This document shows positions 47,050 through 61,100 of a stretch of DNA of 64,000 nt, piece after piece. The position numbers and the translations under genes were made by a program. Numbering within the stretch: the first letter of the stretch is position 1; every line of letters starts with the position of its first letter. The notes below the pieces were generated by a model. It searched no databases and was not told the DNA's origin. It saw only the letters and a list, made by a program, of their open reading frames with translations. This DNA comes from Lama guanicoe (lineage: Eukaryota), in NCBI GenBank assembly GCA_013239625.1, contig MU053934.1, forward strand, positions 3,924,399 to 3,988,398. The letters are read 5' to 3'.

Positions 47050-48230
47050 CCTTTTATTATGGAAATTTTAAATAATACTAAAAAGTAGAAGATATATAGT
47101 ATAATGAACCCGTATACCCATCACTAATTTTCAACAAATATCAACATTTTCCATTCTAGTTTCATCCATCCCCCCACACATATTTTTTAGAGGAAAATTC
47201 CAGAGATCATATCATTTCACCTATAAATACTGCAGTAATTATCTCTAACAGATAAGAACTTTGTTAAAAACAAAACATACACACTATCATGACTCCACCT
47301 AGCAAAAGTAACACCATTTCTTTCATTAGATCATTTAATATGCAGTCCATGTTCAAATTTCCCTAACTTGTCTCCAAAATATCTTCTTATAGCTGGTCTG
47401 TTTGAATCAGGATCACACAAGGCCCACGTCTTACATATGGTCAATATATCTTTTAAATCTCTTTCTGTTTGTCTTTCATGGAGATATAATTCACATAACA
47501 TAAAATTCACCATTTAAAAAGTGTCCAGTTTTGTGGCTTTTAGTATATTTACAGGATTTTGCCACCATTACCACTATCTAATTCCCTAACATTTTTATCA
47601 TCTGAAAAAAGAAATCCCAAACCCACTAGCAGTGACTCCACATTTCTGCCCTCCTCCAGCCCCTGGTGACCACTAAACCACTTTTGTCTTTTGTCTATTC
47701 TGGGTATTTTATATAAATGGACTCACATGATATGTGACCTTTTGCATCTGGCTTCACTTGCCATAATGCTTTCAAGTTTCTACCATGCGGAAGTGCATAT
47801 CAGTACTTCATTCCTTTTTGTGGCCAAATAATATTCCAGACTGAGTTTCCTACAGTCTAGCGTTTCTGGACTGTATCCCTGTGGTGTCTTTCAACATGCC
47901 CCACCAGCCCCCGTATTTCCTATAAACTGGTAATTAGATGTAGATTCTGGTAATTAGGTGTAGATTCTTAGGCTGAAGGCTCTTGATTTGATTTGAATTC
48001 AATTATTTTACCAAGAATATTGTGGAGATGATGTTGTGTCTGTCCCAGCACATCAGAGCAGGAGCCACAGTGCCTGATTGTTCCACCTTTTAGTGATGCT
48101 GAGGTTGATCAGTGGCTTTAGGTGTTGTTAACTTCATCCTTCTGTTATAAAGATCCCCAGCAACATTTTACCCAGTGATTTTTAGCATCCATTGCTGATC
48201 ATGGACTGGGTCTGCTATTACACCTTTCAG
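47050..48230 (-). mobile_element. Old L1 fragments (L1MB/MC-type, nested)
   Basis: ttttattatggaaatttta..., gatataattcacataacataaaattcacc..., cagtacttcattcctttttgtggccaaataatattcc. Confidence 0.7.
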
Positions 48231-49069
48231 TTTCTAGATGAGGAAACTGAGCATAGAAGAAGAGAAATGGTTTGCCCAAGTCACAGGGTAAGTGACCATC
48301 AATAGCTACCACATACTGGACCCTTGTATATGTTCGGCACTGTACATATATACAAGCGTTTTACATAACTGACACATTTAATCCTCTCAAAATTCCTTTG
48401 TGGTTGGCTTTATATCATGACCTTCCTTTTCAAGTGAGAAAACTAAGACCTGAACTGGTGAAGGGACTTGCCTTTGATGAGTCACTTGGTAATTCATGAT
48501 TCTGGAGGACGGAAATATGAGAAAACACAGTTCTTGCTCTGATAAATAGAAAAAGTGATCAGAACCATAGAGAGAAGGAGATGGGAGTCATGGAAGTCTT
48601 CCCAGAGGAAGCATCACTGGAGCTGGGCCTTCAAGTATGTGTAGGAGTTTGTCATAGGGAGTAAAGGCAGAAGAATGAGGCCACCATATGAATAAGACCT
48701 GAGGTGTGATTTGGGCTATGGTCAAGGACTCCATTCCTCACCATGAACATACTCTCACAAATGCCTCCCCTTGGCAAGAAGGAAGAGAGAGAGGGTGTGG
48801 CTTAGCTCATCACATACTCAGAGTATGCAGGCATTATTACAGAGTGAGGAGAGCACAGAGTACTGGACTAGGAGTCTGAAGATGAGTGTTCCATGGGCTA
48901 TGAGGCCTGGATGCTGTTCCCAGGTATGGTCCCCAGCCTCAAAGGCCTAAGAAAAGCTGATGGAGATAGACCTGGGGGTCATTAGCTCCTACTCCAGAAG
49001 GGAGAAAGGCCACCAGCCCCAGTCCTCAGCTCAAGCTCCAGGATTCTGACAGTATCTCCCTCTGATACT

Positions 49070-50060
49070 TGGACCGTTGAGTGAAAAGAACTTCCAGCAA
49101 ACTCGAGTTCAAAGTGTCCATTGTAATATAAATGTATTTGCTTCTATGTGCATAGAATATCTCTGGAAGGTTCCAGAAGAAAAATATTTACAAATCTTGC
49201 TTTCTTTAATAGACAAAGAACACCTAGAAAGTAATAAGAAAAAGACCAACAATGGGATGTAAAAATGACTAAGAATGTAAACAGACTGTTCACAGAAAAG
49301 GAAATACAAAGATTTCTGAAGCCCAGTAAAGATGGCAGCCTCATTCAAACTAAGAAAAATGAAATTAAACCTATACTGAGATTCCACTCTCACCCATCAG
49401 GTTAGGGAAGGTACAAAATTTTGGTAACACACTGATGGCAAGGCTCTGGGGAAACAGGAAGCTTCATCCCTAGGAGGGTAAAGGAGATAGACAATATCTA
49501 TCAAAATGACAGCTGTGCCTTCCCTCTGCCCTCAGAATTCCAAATCCAGGTACTTATCTTACAGGTATCACCACACAGGAGGGAACTGGCTTATGAAAAG
49601 GGTTGTTCGTTAGCAGCATGTGCATGTGTGTTGGAAACTTAGGTACATCAACGAGGAGCTGATAAAATAGCTCACAGAACATTCATCCGATGGACCATAA
49701 TGAAGCCATGTAAAGGAATGAGGAAGCTCTTTTTATACAACTGGGGAAAGATCTACATGAAGTATTGTTTAGTGTGGAAAAAAACAAGATTCAGAGAAGA
49801 GGAGATAGTTTGTGACTGTTTATGCAAAAAGACAGGAAAGAGAAAGAACAGGCACCTGTTTTTTTCTCTGTGATATGTGAGTGTCTCTAGCCGGCAGTAT
49901 AAGAGGCTGGTGATGTGGTGAGGTTCCCCAGGAAAGGAAATGGGTGGCTTGGGGAGAGGCATGGGAGGCTTTTACTGTACCCTCCTTGGTAACTTTTGAA
50001 TTTGGAGCCAGGTGAAAATATTTTACAGTCCAAAAAACTACATTAAATTAAAAGTTTAAG
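49070..50060 (+). mobile_element. Old L1 (L1ME-type) 3' fragment
   Basis: Degenerate ORF2-end and 3'UTR motifs (acagactgttcacagaaaaggaaatacaa, gaaattaaacc...gagattccac, ggaatgaggaagctct). Confidence 0.65.
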
Positions 50061-53000
50061 GTTCCATTTTACAGAACGGGAAACTCCATGGGTCAACAGA
50101 TTTTGCAGGTTCCTCTCCTACAAGACCCAGGGTGAAGGAGGGCGTGAGGGAAGGAGGGTGCCCTTTCTTTGGGTTCCTGTTTTAAGCCTCACAGCTGCCT
50201 CCCCATTTTCCAGATGTGGACACTGAGGCTCAGAGCTGGAGAATGACTCCCCGGGGGCACAAGCCTGGGGTGCAGGGGACAGCCCACATTCAGTTCACAT
50301 CCATGGCTCCTGCCCTTCCATCGGGAGTCGTCACACAATGTTCCCCCAGCTGGCCAGCAGGCGTGACGGATTTCTCATTCAGCTGGGGCCGGCTATTCTT
50401 CATCCTGAACTTTCTGGTTATTTGACCAAAGTGGACTATTGTTTGCCTGAATTACACTTTATTTAAAAGAAAAAAAATGCCAGTTGAATGAGCAGTCATA
50501 GGACTGGAATAACTCCGGGCTAGATTTATCAGGGACTTGACTCGACTGGCTGGTTCATTGGATTATTTGGGAGTTTACTTTAAATTTAGTAGCATTTGGA
50601 TTCACTGGCTTGTTGAATAGGTCTGGATTTGGAAAGAAATTCAATTAGGTGGTTCTTTGACTAAATTAATGGGGTTATTTTTCTGATTGAATTATTGTGC
50701 TTTCTTTCAAGACTTAATTTGCCTCCTCTCTGAAGCTTTTCGAGACCTTACCAGGAAGCTCTGGGGGAGATGGAGACTCTGATCACTTCAAGTTCACTCT
50801 GTGCAGCAGCTGCTGCTTCCTAAGTCTGGTCCTGGGGCTGCTGCCTCTGCAAACCCCTCTAGGACCCCCCTCCTCCCCGACTTCACAGCAGTCCTGCCTC
50901 CTTGCCCGGCTTCCCAGTTCACACTGGTGATGGTAAAGGGTTTCCAGAAATGTTTCCCCATCTGGCTCTCAGCTCTCTGGGGACAGAGGCTGTGGATTCT
51001 CCTGGTCCCAGTGAGGTCTTGGTAGGGATGGAATGAATTCAACTGAATTGACCCCATGTCTTCTGATTCCAAGACCACAGGACACAAGCCTCCCTCCCAC
51101 TTGGTTCTTCTGAGACAAGGGAGGGGGTTTCTAACTCCACCCACGGTGGAATTATATGCCAAAGCCCCCACCACTCCATTTCTATTCTGACCAGCATCTA
51201 GCATTCACTACTGCAGATCTCCAAAGTGCACCACCCTTTCCAGGTTACAAAGAGTTCCCCACCCTCTCTCTTTAATCTCAGAGCAATGCATTGAGAAGTG
51301 TATTCTTTTCCTTCCTTTAGAGCTGACATGCCTGGGGCTCAGAGAGGAGCAAGGCTTTGCCTAACATCACACAGCTAGTGGGTAGGTGGGTAGGAGATGT
51401 CAGGGCTCCAGGCTCCTCGAGGGCAGGGCTGAGGCCAGGGGGTGCACAGGGCAGTGGAGAAATTGTAGGGAGAGCCTCCTTCTGTGCTTGAAGGGTGGAG
51501 GGATGAGGGCTGGGGAGGATCACAGAGCACATGGCCTGAGCTGTGAGCAGGAACAGCAGAAGGTCAGGGAAGATTCCACAAAGTCCTGGGAGGTGAGGAG
51601 GTGGCCGGCAGTAGTGGGAGGAGGAAATGGTTGTGGACTCACCCATTCAATCATCAGCAGGCTGCAGGGCCTGCCAAGACTAGCCCTGGGCTGGGCCTCG
51701 GATGCAGGGAGGGGCCTGGTGACACACTCCAGCCTGCTGCTCTCGGAAGGGGCACGGTCTGGGGTGAGGAGGCGCAGGGAGGTCACTGGCCCTCATCTTG
51801 CAGGATGAGAAAAGCTACCTAGGAGAAGGAGGGCAGCTCGGCCTGGGAGGGTAGTCAGTAAGGTATCAAAGGAGGAGGAGGAGTTTACCTGGCAGGGAGA
51901 TGATCATTCTGCTGGCAGACCCTCATGGCACGCCCGCTGTGTGCCTGGCTGGGTCCCCTGTGGTCTCCACACGCTGACCCGGCCCTCATGCCAACCTGGG
52001 GGCGGGTACTATTAGGATCCCCAGTTAACGCTGGAGAACTCTGGTGTTGAGAGGGCAGTGCCTTACTCAAGGCCACATGGCTAGTCAGAGGCAGAGCTGG
52101 CTTTGAACCCAGGCAGGAAGGCTCCGGACTCCTAACTACACTGCACGGCCTCACAAAACATAGGATCACCGGGCAGGGGGACGAGCAAACTGCAGGTGAG
52201 AAGACTTGGGCTTAAGTCCCCCGCGTGCACTCACAACTGTGCCGCCTTGACCTCTCTGAGCCGCAGCTTCAGGTGCAGAAAGAATCCTGCTTTGAAGCTT
52301 ATGGAGACAGAGCCCTGTGCCTGGCATACACCAGGTGCTCAGGAAAGCGGGGTCCCTTCCTGCCTTGCACGCCTGAGGAGGTCAGGAACAAAGAGTCATA
52401 GGGGCTTCCCTCCAACCCTCCTCCCAAGGATCTAGAGAGTTCTTGTCCAGCCTACCATGTATATAGAGAGCAGGCTTGTCTTCTTTGTTGGTGGGAACAG
52501 AATTCCCAGAGAAGGAAATTCTTTGAACTTCTGGATGATGATGTAGATGGATGATGGTGGTGATGACAAACATGGTGGCAGTGGTGGTGGTGGTGACAAA
52601 GCTCCTCCCCGGCATTCTAGCAGGCCGAGGCAGGCTCAGCTGAGTGCTGGGCATAGCTCTGAGGACGTGTGAGTGTGAGCACCCAGAAAACTCTGCTGTG
52701 GGTATGAGGTCCTGTCAACGAGGGTGCCCTGCCCTCAGATTGTGGCCCTGGGTGAGTCCCTCTGCCCCGCCTCTACTACTCTCTGACTGAGCATATCCCG
52801 TGGGACTGACTGCTCAGGAGGCCACATTTCCTAGAAGGTTGTAACCAAAGTCCAGAGAGGGGAGACACTTGCTTGAGGTCACAAAGCACATCTTGACAAG
52901 GCGGGAACCCAGGGCTCCTAACACCTGGCTGTCTCCTGGCCCCACCTGCTCACACTGAGTTAAGAGGGCGGACAGGAAAGATGCTTTACACCAAGCCTTC

Positions 53001-53929
53001 AGCAGATCTTCCTGAGCTCCTCCTGTGCACTGGTACCAAGACGGTCCTAGAGTTTGCAGAGACCTCGATCCTCTTCGGGGAAGGTGCCCCAGCGAGCTGT
53101 GAGGGAGGCACTCAGAAGAGGAGGCAAGGTCAACCCCGAAGGCTGGGAGAGGGCATTCCCACAGGAAGGGAGAGCAAGGGCCCAGGGGTGGGGAGGCAGG
53201 CAGGGTAAGGATTTCTAGGAGCAGAGGCTCCTATGGGGCCGCTCCTTGAGGTGGGCACCGGTACCCACACGGCAGATGAAAAGTCGGTGCAACTCTCGAG
53301 GAGTGATGGCAGAGGTCAGCTGGGACCAGGTGCTAGGAGTCTCGAATGCTGGCCAAAGCGTCTGGATCCTATCTTGGAGACTGCGGGGGTCCCAGGAGGT
53401 TTTTGGCAGAGGATAGACCTGAGGGTTTTCCTAGAGGGCAGGGGTGTGTATGACAGCTGTGGTAGGTGGTGTGAGGACTGTAAGACACTAAGATCCCCCC
53501 TAAGTTATGGTGACCGAGAAGTCTTGGGAGCATGGTGTGTCTCATCCAGTGTGACTCCACACGGGGAGGGCTGGGGTCTCAGGCCGGGGCGGGAGGTGTT
53601 GTGATAAATGGACGACTGTGAGAAAGAAGTCAGGAGCGTGTGGGCTGCACCCTGCCTGCCCTCCCCAGCCATGCCCCCCTTGTACATTCTCTGCTCCCCT
53701 TCAGTGCCCTTGCCTTTTGGGGACACACTCTCCCTCCTCTTCTCCAATTTAGGGGCGACTCCCTTTCCCCTGCTCTGCTTGTCCAATTCCTGCTCATTTC
53801 CTTATTTTTAAAAAATTAAAATGTAATTTTCCACTTTTTTCTCAATTTTTCTTCAATTTAAAATTTTTAAATGAAAATTAAAACATTTTTTCATTTAAAA
53901 ATTTTAATGACAATTAAAACAATTTTATA

Positions 53930-54200
53930 CAAAAATTGTGTTTTAAATTGTGGTAAAACATATATAACTTAAAAGTTACCATCTTAGCTATTTTTAAGTG
54001 TACAGAACTGTGTTATTAAGTACATTCACATTGTCGTGCAACCATCGCCACCATCATCTTCCCAAACTGAAACTTGGTGCCCACTCAACACTTAACTCCC
54101 CACGCTCCTCCCCCAGCCAGGGGCAACCACCATCTACTTTCTGTCTCTGTGAACCTGATCCCTTCAGGTATCGCATATGAGTGGAGCCATACAACCTGTT
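53930..54200 (-). mobile_element. L1 3'UTR fragment
   Basis: aaattgtggtaaaacatatataac...aagtacattcacattgtcgtgcaacc...ggcaaccaccatctactttctgtctctgtga. Confidence 0.75.
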
Positions 54201-55899
54201 TCTTAAAGCTCAGAAGACAGACCACCTCCTCTGAGAAGCCTCCTAGACTCCCAGGCAGAGAGTTCCTGTGATACGCTTCAGGCCTCCACCCACTCCCCCG
54301 ACCCCAGCAGGGGAGACCTCCAGAGGGCTTCTTACCCAGCCTCCTGCTTCCATGCAAAGTCTTTAAACTTCTTCGGAGTCCATGATGATGACGACGATGC
54401 TGCTACTGATGCTGGTGACCGTGATGACTACGACAAGCACTATGAAGAGGAGGCACCTCTGGCCCTCCTGCTGACATACTTCTCTGACTAGGGCAATCCC
54501 GGAGGCCAGGATCATGTCTACTATCACTCTCTGGCAAGGTGGTCACTGCCTGGGTCTGAGTTTGTATGGTGGGGGAGGACATGTAGCCCCTCATGCACTG
54601 CCCCTGCCACCCCGGCCATTGCCCTTGATGCTGGCATTGGTGATACTGATCCTGTTGTCCTAGGCAGTGGCTTTACCTCTCTCTGCCACCTGGGGTTGGG
54701 TGGGGTCCTGGAAGTCTGGCCTGTGAAGCTCTCCCCGATGCTGGCACTGGCTGGAACACACTAGCCCAGTCGGCGGGAAGTTTCTCTTGAGTGAGTAGGG
54801 CTGGGGAAACTGAGGCACAGGGAGGTGCCCTGACTTGCCCAGGCCATCCTAGAAACCTGCTTCCCTTGCTGGTCTCCTGGCTCTGGGCCCAAAAGGGGAA
54901 GCAGCCCACAGGGTCTGTGTGCAGGAGATAGGTCAGACTCTAGGCTCAGTGCCAGGTGGGAGCCAAGCCAACCTGGTTCCGAATTCTCATCTATTCGTTC
55001 GTTCTGGTGGCCATGGCTCAACCCTCATTTGTAAGTGGGACAGATGATGGTGCTGCCTCTCAGAGCGGCAGGAGCACCCAGTGAGGCAGGCACTCCAGGT
55101 TGGGGCCTGGCTCGAGGCAGAGTCTCAGCAAATATCCCTTCTGCCCTCCTTTCCTGTTCTGAGGTATGTAGGGGGCAGCTCAGTGGTGTAGACAGCCTGG
55201 AAAGAGGGAGGTTCAAGTCCCTGGCCCCACCTCTGACCTACTCGGAACCTCAGGATCTTCCTCTGCCTCTCCTGACTGCTGTCCTGTGCATGTGAGAAGG
55301 GCCATGCTCAAGAGCTGCAAACACCACCCCCCAGCTCCGTCCTCCCTCTGAGGGAGATGGAAGGGGCTGTGTTAGGCTGGCCCTGAGATGGCTGTGAAGG
55401 GGGCTGTTTCCCGCATCCAGGACCTCCCATCGGGCCTCTGGAGCCTCTCCCTTCTGCTGTGCACAGAGTGAGCTGCCAATTCTTATTCCACTTAATTTTC
55501 CATGTAAAGGTAAGGGGTGGGGATGGAATTGCTAAGTCCTCAAGCCTCCAGGGAGGCCTGGAGAGAGCACTGGTCAGAGACAGGCTCAGCGCTGCCCTGT
55601 CCTCACGTGAGAGTACAGGAGAATCCCCTCCCCTACTGGGGACTCCATCTGTACATGGGGACTCCCACAGGCTGGGAGCTGGGCTTGGAGTCAGGTGTGT
55701 CCTCAGGGGACTCCCCTCCCGGCTCCTTTTTCCCACCTGGGCCTGAGTGGTTTCTGTCAGACCAAGGCAGGGCCCTGCTTTGTGACAGGGACATCAGGCA
55801 CAAAAGCCCCTCTTCACTGGTTACTGTTACTCAATCTTGCTCAGGGATTGCCAGGGTCACAAAGGCCCTTGCAGATCGCCCAGTCCATTTGATAGATGG

Positions 55900-56300
55900 G
55901 GAAACTGAGGCTCCGGGAGCGTGAAGCGACCTGCCCGGGGCCCCAGCGGAGAGTCATCTCCAGGCCAGTTCTGGTCCAGTTCCATTGTTTCCTCCCATCC
56001 CATCCTAGGCTGCCTCCCGGGGCTAGAACTCGGGCGGCGGACGGCGTGGAGGGCGCTCGCCTGCTGCCCCCATGTGGCCTCCGCGGGCGCTGCAGCCGGG
56101 CCGCGGCGGTGCTGCCGCGACCGGGTCACGCGGGGCGGGGGCGCTCCTTGGTGCCAAGCCTGTGCCGATGCGAGGGGCACGAGCAGAGAGACCGGCCGCC
56201 TGAAACTCTCTCGGGACTGAGCCTGCGGCCCCTAGAACTGCCCTGAATGCGTTCATTTATTATTGGGACGCCAGGGAGGCGATGTCACCTGAACAGGTGG
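55900..56300. promoter_or_regulatory. Small orphan CpG-rich island
   Basis: Local CpG cluster with GGGGCGGGG; no recognisable exon. Confidence 0.4.
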
Positions 56301-58899
56301 CCCTGAGCGTGGATGAGCGCCCTGCCTTGGAAGGGTCCAGGCCACGGCTGAATTAGGTGCTGACCCGAAAATAGTGAGGCTTTGGAACCTGGTCGAGGAA
56401 GTTCCTCGAACAGCGGTTCAAACTAGAACACTGGTGTGGTCCCACCCTTAAGGAACTTGAGGCTTTGAAGGAGCAGAAGTCAGCTGAACTCTGCTGGGAG
56501 AAGCTGCTGGACTTAGTGACTGTGTGTTCAGCGGCGGGGGCAAGGAAAGGGCAACTTCAAGGGCGAGCCCAGGATTCTGGCCCAGGAGATGGGGGCGTAG
56601 GACTGGACGGAGCCTGGGAGGAGTGCGGATGGGGGCCGCTGAGCTTGTTTGGGGCTTCTGAGCTGGAGGAGTGTGGGGAGGCCAGGGGGAGGAGTACAGG
56701 AGGGACTGTCAGTGTAGACGCTCTCACAGACATCCTCCTTGTGACAGATCAGATAATCCACTCAGCCAGGGTCACTGAGAGCTGAGTGTCTGAGCTGCAG
56801 GAACCCAGCTATCCCAGCCCCTCCAAAGGCCCTGGGCCTTTGCTGTTGGAAGACTCGGGTCCTTGGGGGAGGAGTCCAAAGGAGAGGACAGGGGAGGCTC
56901 AGAGCCCCCATGGACACAAATGGCCAGCGGCTGATTCCCCGTGTGGCCTTGAGTAAATCACTTCACCTCCCTAAGCCTCAGCTGCCTCACCTATAAAATG
57001 GTATGAAATAGCTCCCTCCAGGGAGATTGGGAAGATTAAGTTTGCTTTTAAAAAGCATGAACGTGCTGGACCCCGCGGCAGGCAGCTAGTAAACCTGACA
57101 GGTAATGAGCAATCCTTCCCTTTCCCCTTCTGGCTGGAACAGTCCGGAAAGCTGCATGGAGGAGGCAGTCCTTGAAGGTAAGGGCTGATTCAGAGAGATA
57201 CAGAGTGAGCTGAAGGGCTCCACTACCACCCTGGGGTCCCTGAACATCAGGCTAAGGGGTGCTGAAGTCACAGCTGCCCTCCCAGGTCCCAGAGCACCCA
57301 AAACTCCATTCTGGAGAGATCTCTGCCTCAGAGCACAGAGAGGTAACAAAGCCCCCTTCCCACCCTCAGTTCACATCCATTGGCCCAGCCAGCCTATGTT
57401 GGAAAAAATCTCCCCCTTCCCGTCGTCTCTGTTCCAGGCAAGGCCTTGTCTTCTGGAAGGAAATCAGCATTTATTGAAGAGTCTGCTCTGCTCCCATATT
57501 ACTCTTGACCCACAACATTGCGGTCCTGAGAGCAGGTACCATTACTACCTGATCTAGTCCAGGACATGGAGGCTCAGGGAGGAGGTTCTTGCTGAAACAG
57601 GCATCTTGACTGCAGAGCCAGGTGCTAACCACTGGGAGTGCTGCCTTTTGTGAATGGCTCCCCTTCTAGTGAGAACTTCTAGGGGCAGGGCTGGGGTCCC
57701 CCCTGATCCAGGTGCGGACCCCGCAGGCTCTTGAGTGAGTGAACAAAGACACAAATGAGTGACAGTTTGGTCCGTGAATGAGCCAGACACATCACCTTAA
57801 GACTCCAAGAAGCTGTGGATCTGAAAGGTCAGAGGGCATCACATGGGAATGAGCAGAGTAGCTTCCAGAAGGACACAGAAAATGGTACTGGTGATGCCTC
57901 TGGGCCTGGGGGTGGTGAATGAGGAGGAAGGAGATTTGCTTTTCTGTTTGAATGTTTATCTTATATATTATACTGTGCGTATATTATAATGTGTTATAAC
58001 TGTAACGCATTGTGTGCATGTTTAATCATGAATTTGGAAGTAAACAATCACCTGGGGAGCTCTTGAAACGACTCTGGGGCTGCAGCTCCAGAGAATGGAA
58101 GCAGAAGGTCCGGGGGTGGAGGGGGCCAGGCTAACTTCCCCAGGTGATTCTGTTACAGGTGGCCCTGGACCACACTTTGGGAACAAAATCACCAGTTGGG
58201 TCCTCTTCCCATCGGCCACCAGCCAGGCTCATTTGCATGGGCTTTTGCATATATTTGCATGGCATCTCTGGTTCTGAATGAAGCCTGTGTCAGCCCTTAT
58301 CCTGAGGAAAGCTTCTCCCCTCCGCACCTCATCCCCTAGCACTGCCCCCATTCCCAGACTTGGTCAGCCTGGACAAGCCCCTTCTTCCTTCCCCTCTATC
58401 CACCAGCCAGATGTGTCATTCTTTTACCTGATCCCCACATTCTCTCAGTTCCCCAAGGTGTAACGCACACACACACGTCACCTCCACCAGAGGCCTTCCC
58501 CACCCCCAGCTGAGTCTGTTTCCAATCCCACACTCTCTAGCCACCTCCTCTGAATTCCAGAATACTCATCCCTCTCCTATGTGCATTTCTGTGTACTGAA
58601 CATTCACTGCACGCCCAGGGCTGTGCCCTGGGCCCTTCACCCATCTCATCCCACCCAGTCCTCCAAAGACCCCATGAGACCAGATGAGACCAGACCCCAT
58701 TAGGCCCATTTTACAGGTGAGGAAACTGAGCCTTAGGGAAATCACACGACTCACCAGAAAGTAGCAACTCTTTCCATTCCACCAACCTGCTTCCTAAAAT
58801 GCCCTTGTGATATTTTCACTCTTCTCATAGTAATGTTATCTGGGTATTGCTTTGCTTTAATTGGGTCTTTCAAATTACCTGGGCCATACATACTTACTG

Positions 58900-60400
58900 T
58901 AACATCATGCTAAGAATCAGGAAATATTTGAATAAAATATGAATTCCCACTTCCCCCTCCCCGACGACATTGTCTAGGAAGAGCCACTGTGAACAGTCTG
59001 GGGTCTCCTTCCAACCTCTTATGCGTTGACATACAGATGTGATATTGGCAAATATATAGGCATAGCATTTTTATTGTAACATATGCTTGCAAAAGTTATA
59101 CAGTTTAAAGAAAAACAGTGCAGACACCCATGTACTCACCACCCGTAAAAATCACCAGCACCTCAGAAGCACACCTCCGCAGCTGCAATTTCCTTCCTCC
59201 TCTGACTTCCTTACACCTTGGCCACATATATACGTACTCTTAAAAAACACATTTGGGATGAGAATTGTTAAATCATTCTGTGTGCAACATGTTCAACTTT
59301 ATTAGGCAAGGCTAAACCAATTTTCACTCCCACCCAAAGTGAAGGAGAGTCCTCACTGAGCCACATCCTTGCCAAAGGTGGAACTATTCAACTTTGTAAT
59401 TTTTGCCAAGCTAGTGGGAGTAAAATTCCAACTCACTGTGGCTTTAATTTACATTTCCCTAATTACTAACGATATTGAACGTCTTCTTGTTTATATCTTC
59501 CATATCTTTAGTGATTCTTTTATCTTCTTGATATGTCAGTCATTGGAAGAGTCGTGATAAAAATCTCTAATTATGATAATGGGTGTGTTTCCTTGTCCTT
59601 GTTTTGCTTCATATGTTTTGAGGTTATGTTATCAGGTGCATAAGAGTTTAGAATTATTATATCTTCTTGGAATTATATATTCCTTGTTTCTAATCATGCT
59701 TTTGTCTTGAAGCCTAATTTGTCTGTTTATGCAGTGGTGGATCTTTTGATTTTGATCTTTTTCCAGGCAAAGAAAAACAATTGCTTCACCTCCCTCTTTT
59801 CTTCTTATCTGGGTTAAATCATTTCCAGACTACTAGTTGGTCTTAGTGAGAGGTGACTTCATTTCTTATTTTTAAAATGTTTGTATTATGGAAACTTTTC
59901 AACACATACAAAAGTACAGAAGTGTATAAAATGGTCCCCCATGTAACTAACCATCAACCAGCTTAGAGACATACCAAATCAACATATTTAACCCTACCAG
60001 CTCCGCCATCCCATATTATTTTAAAGCAAATCCCATATGTCATATAAATTAATCTCTAAGTATTTGAACATGTACCTCTAAAAGAAAAGGACTTTTAAAA
60101 AAGCCTGAGTCTCATTATCATCCTATAACAATAATTTTCCAACATCATCCAAAGTCATTTTTTTTACAGTTTACTTGAGTCAGGATCTAAATAAGGTCTG
60201 AGAGAATGTGTAATTGGTAATTTGTGGTATCTCCTAAGTCTCATTCAATCTACAGTTTCTTACTTTATCTCTTTTATTTTCCTTACAATTTGTTTGTTGG
60301 AGAAAACTGGCTATTTGTCCTTTATATGAAAATATTTTGTTTGATGGGATTATACAAAGTTAATGTTCTTAAGCAATGTATATTTGCTATATTTTCTCTC
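58900..60400 (-). mobile_element. Degenerate old L1 fragments
   Basis: AT-rich, with L1-like motifs such as gtggctttaatttacatttccctaattactaa and tattatggaaacttttcaacacatacaaaagta. Confidence 0.55.
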
Positions 60401-60729
60401 AGTCAACTTTGAGTTTTTAACTGGTGCTCAGAACCCCACAGTTATTTTTTTTTAATGTCTCATCTCCTCTACTTACCTAGTATGGGCATTAGATGAGATA
60501 ACTCACTCAAAAAACATTTAATGAGCACCTAGTATGTGTGAGGCCCTATGTCAGATCCTGAGAAATATAATAGTAAACAAGCCAGAAGCATTTCTGGAAC
60601 TTAAGCTCAAACTTTGGTGGTCTGCAGTATCCTTTAAGAGACTTTGTTAAAAGGCAAGCCCCAGGGCCTCATCCCAGACAGGCTGTCCAGGGGTCTAGTG
60701 TGGAGCCCAGGAATGGGCACCTTTGGTCA

Positions 60730-61100
60730 AGTCCTGTCCTATGTGTATGTGAGCCACGAATAAAGCCACATGTCAATTTAAACTTTTCAGTACTAATTAC
60801 ATAATAAGGTGAAATTTTCCGTACAGAAAATGTTAATGATATGTTTATATATTTTAATACATAAAATAAAATGTATTTCATATATTAAGAAAATATTTTA
60901 ATTATGTATTTTATTTAACCCAGTGTATCCAAAATATAATTCTCAGCGTGTAATCAATAATAAAAAATCACTAGTGAGATGTTTTGTATTCTAAGTCCTT
61001 GAGATCAGGTGCGTTCTTCGTTTACAGCACTCCTCAACTCCCACCAGCCGGCTGTCCGGTGCTCCTGTGGGTCGTGGCTGCTGTACTGGACAGCGCAGCC
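60730..61100. mobile_element. MER33-like hAT DNA transposon
   Basis: gccacatgtcaatttaaacttttc...ttatttaacccagtgtatccaaaatat...ctaagtccttgagatcaggtg...tactggacagcgcag. Confidence 0.7.

Noticed and set aside
47927..47966. 20-bp tandem duplication (also a 12-bp one at 20995-21018 and (GGAATT)n near 63620)
   Set aside because: Ordinary slippage duplications with no spacer structure; not CRISPR-like.
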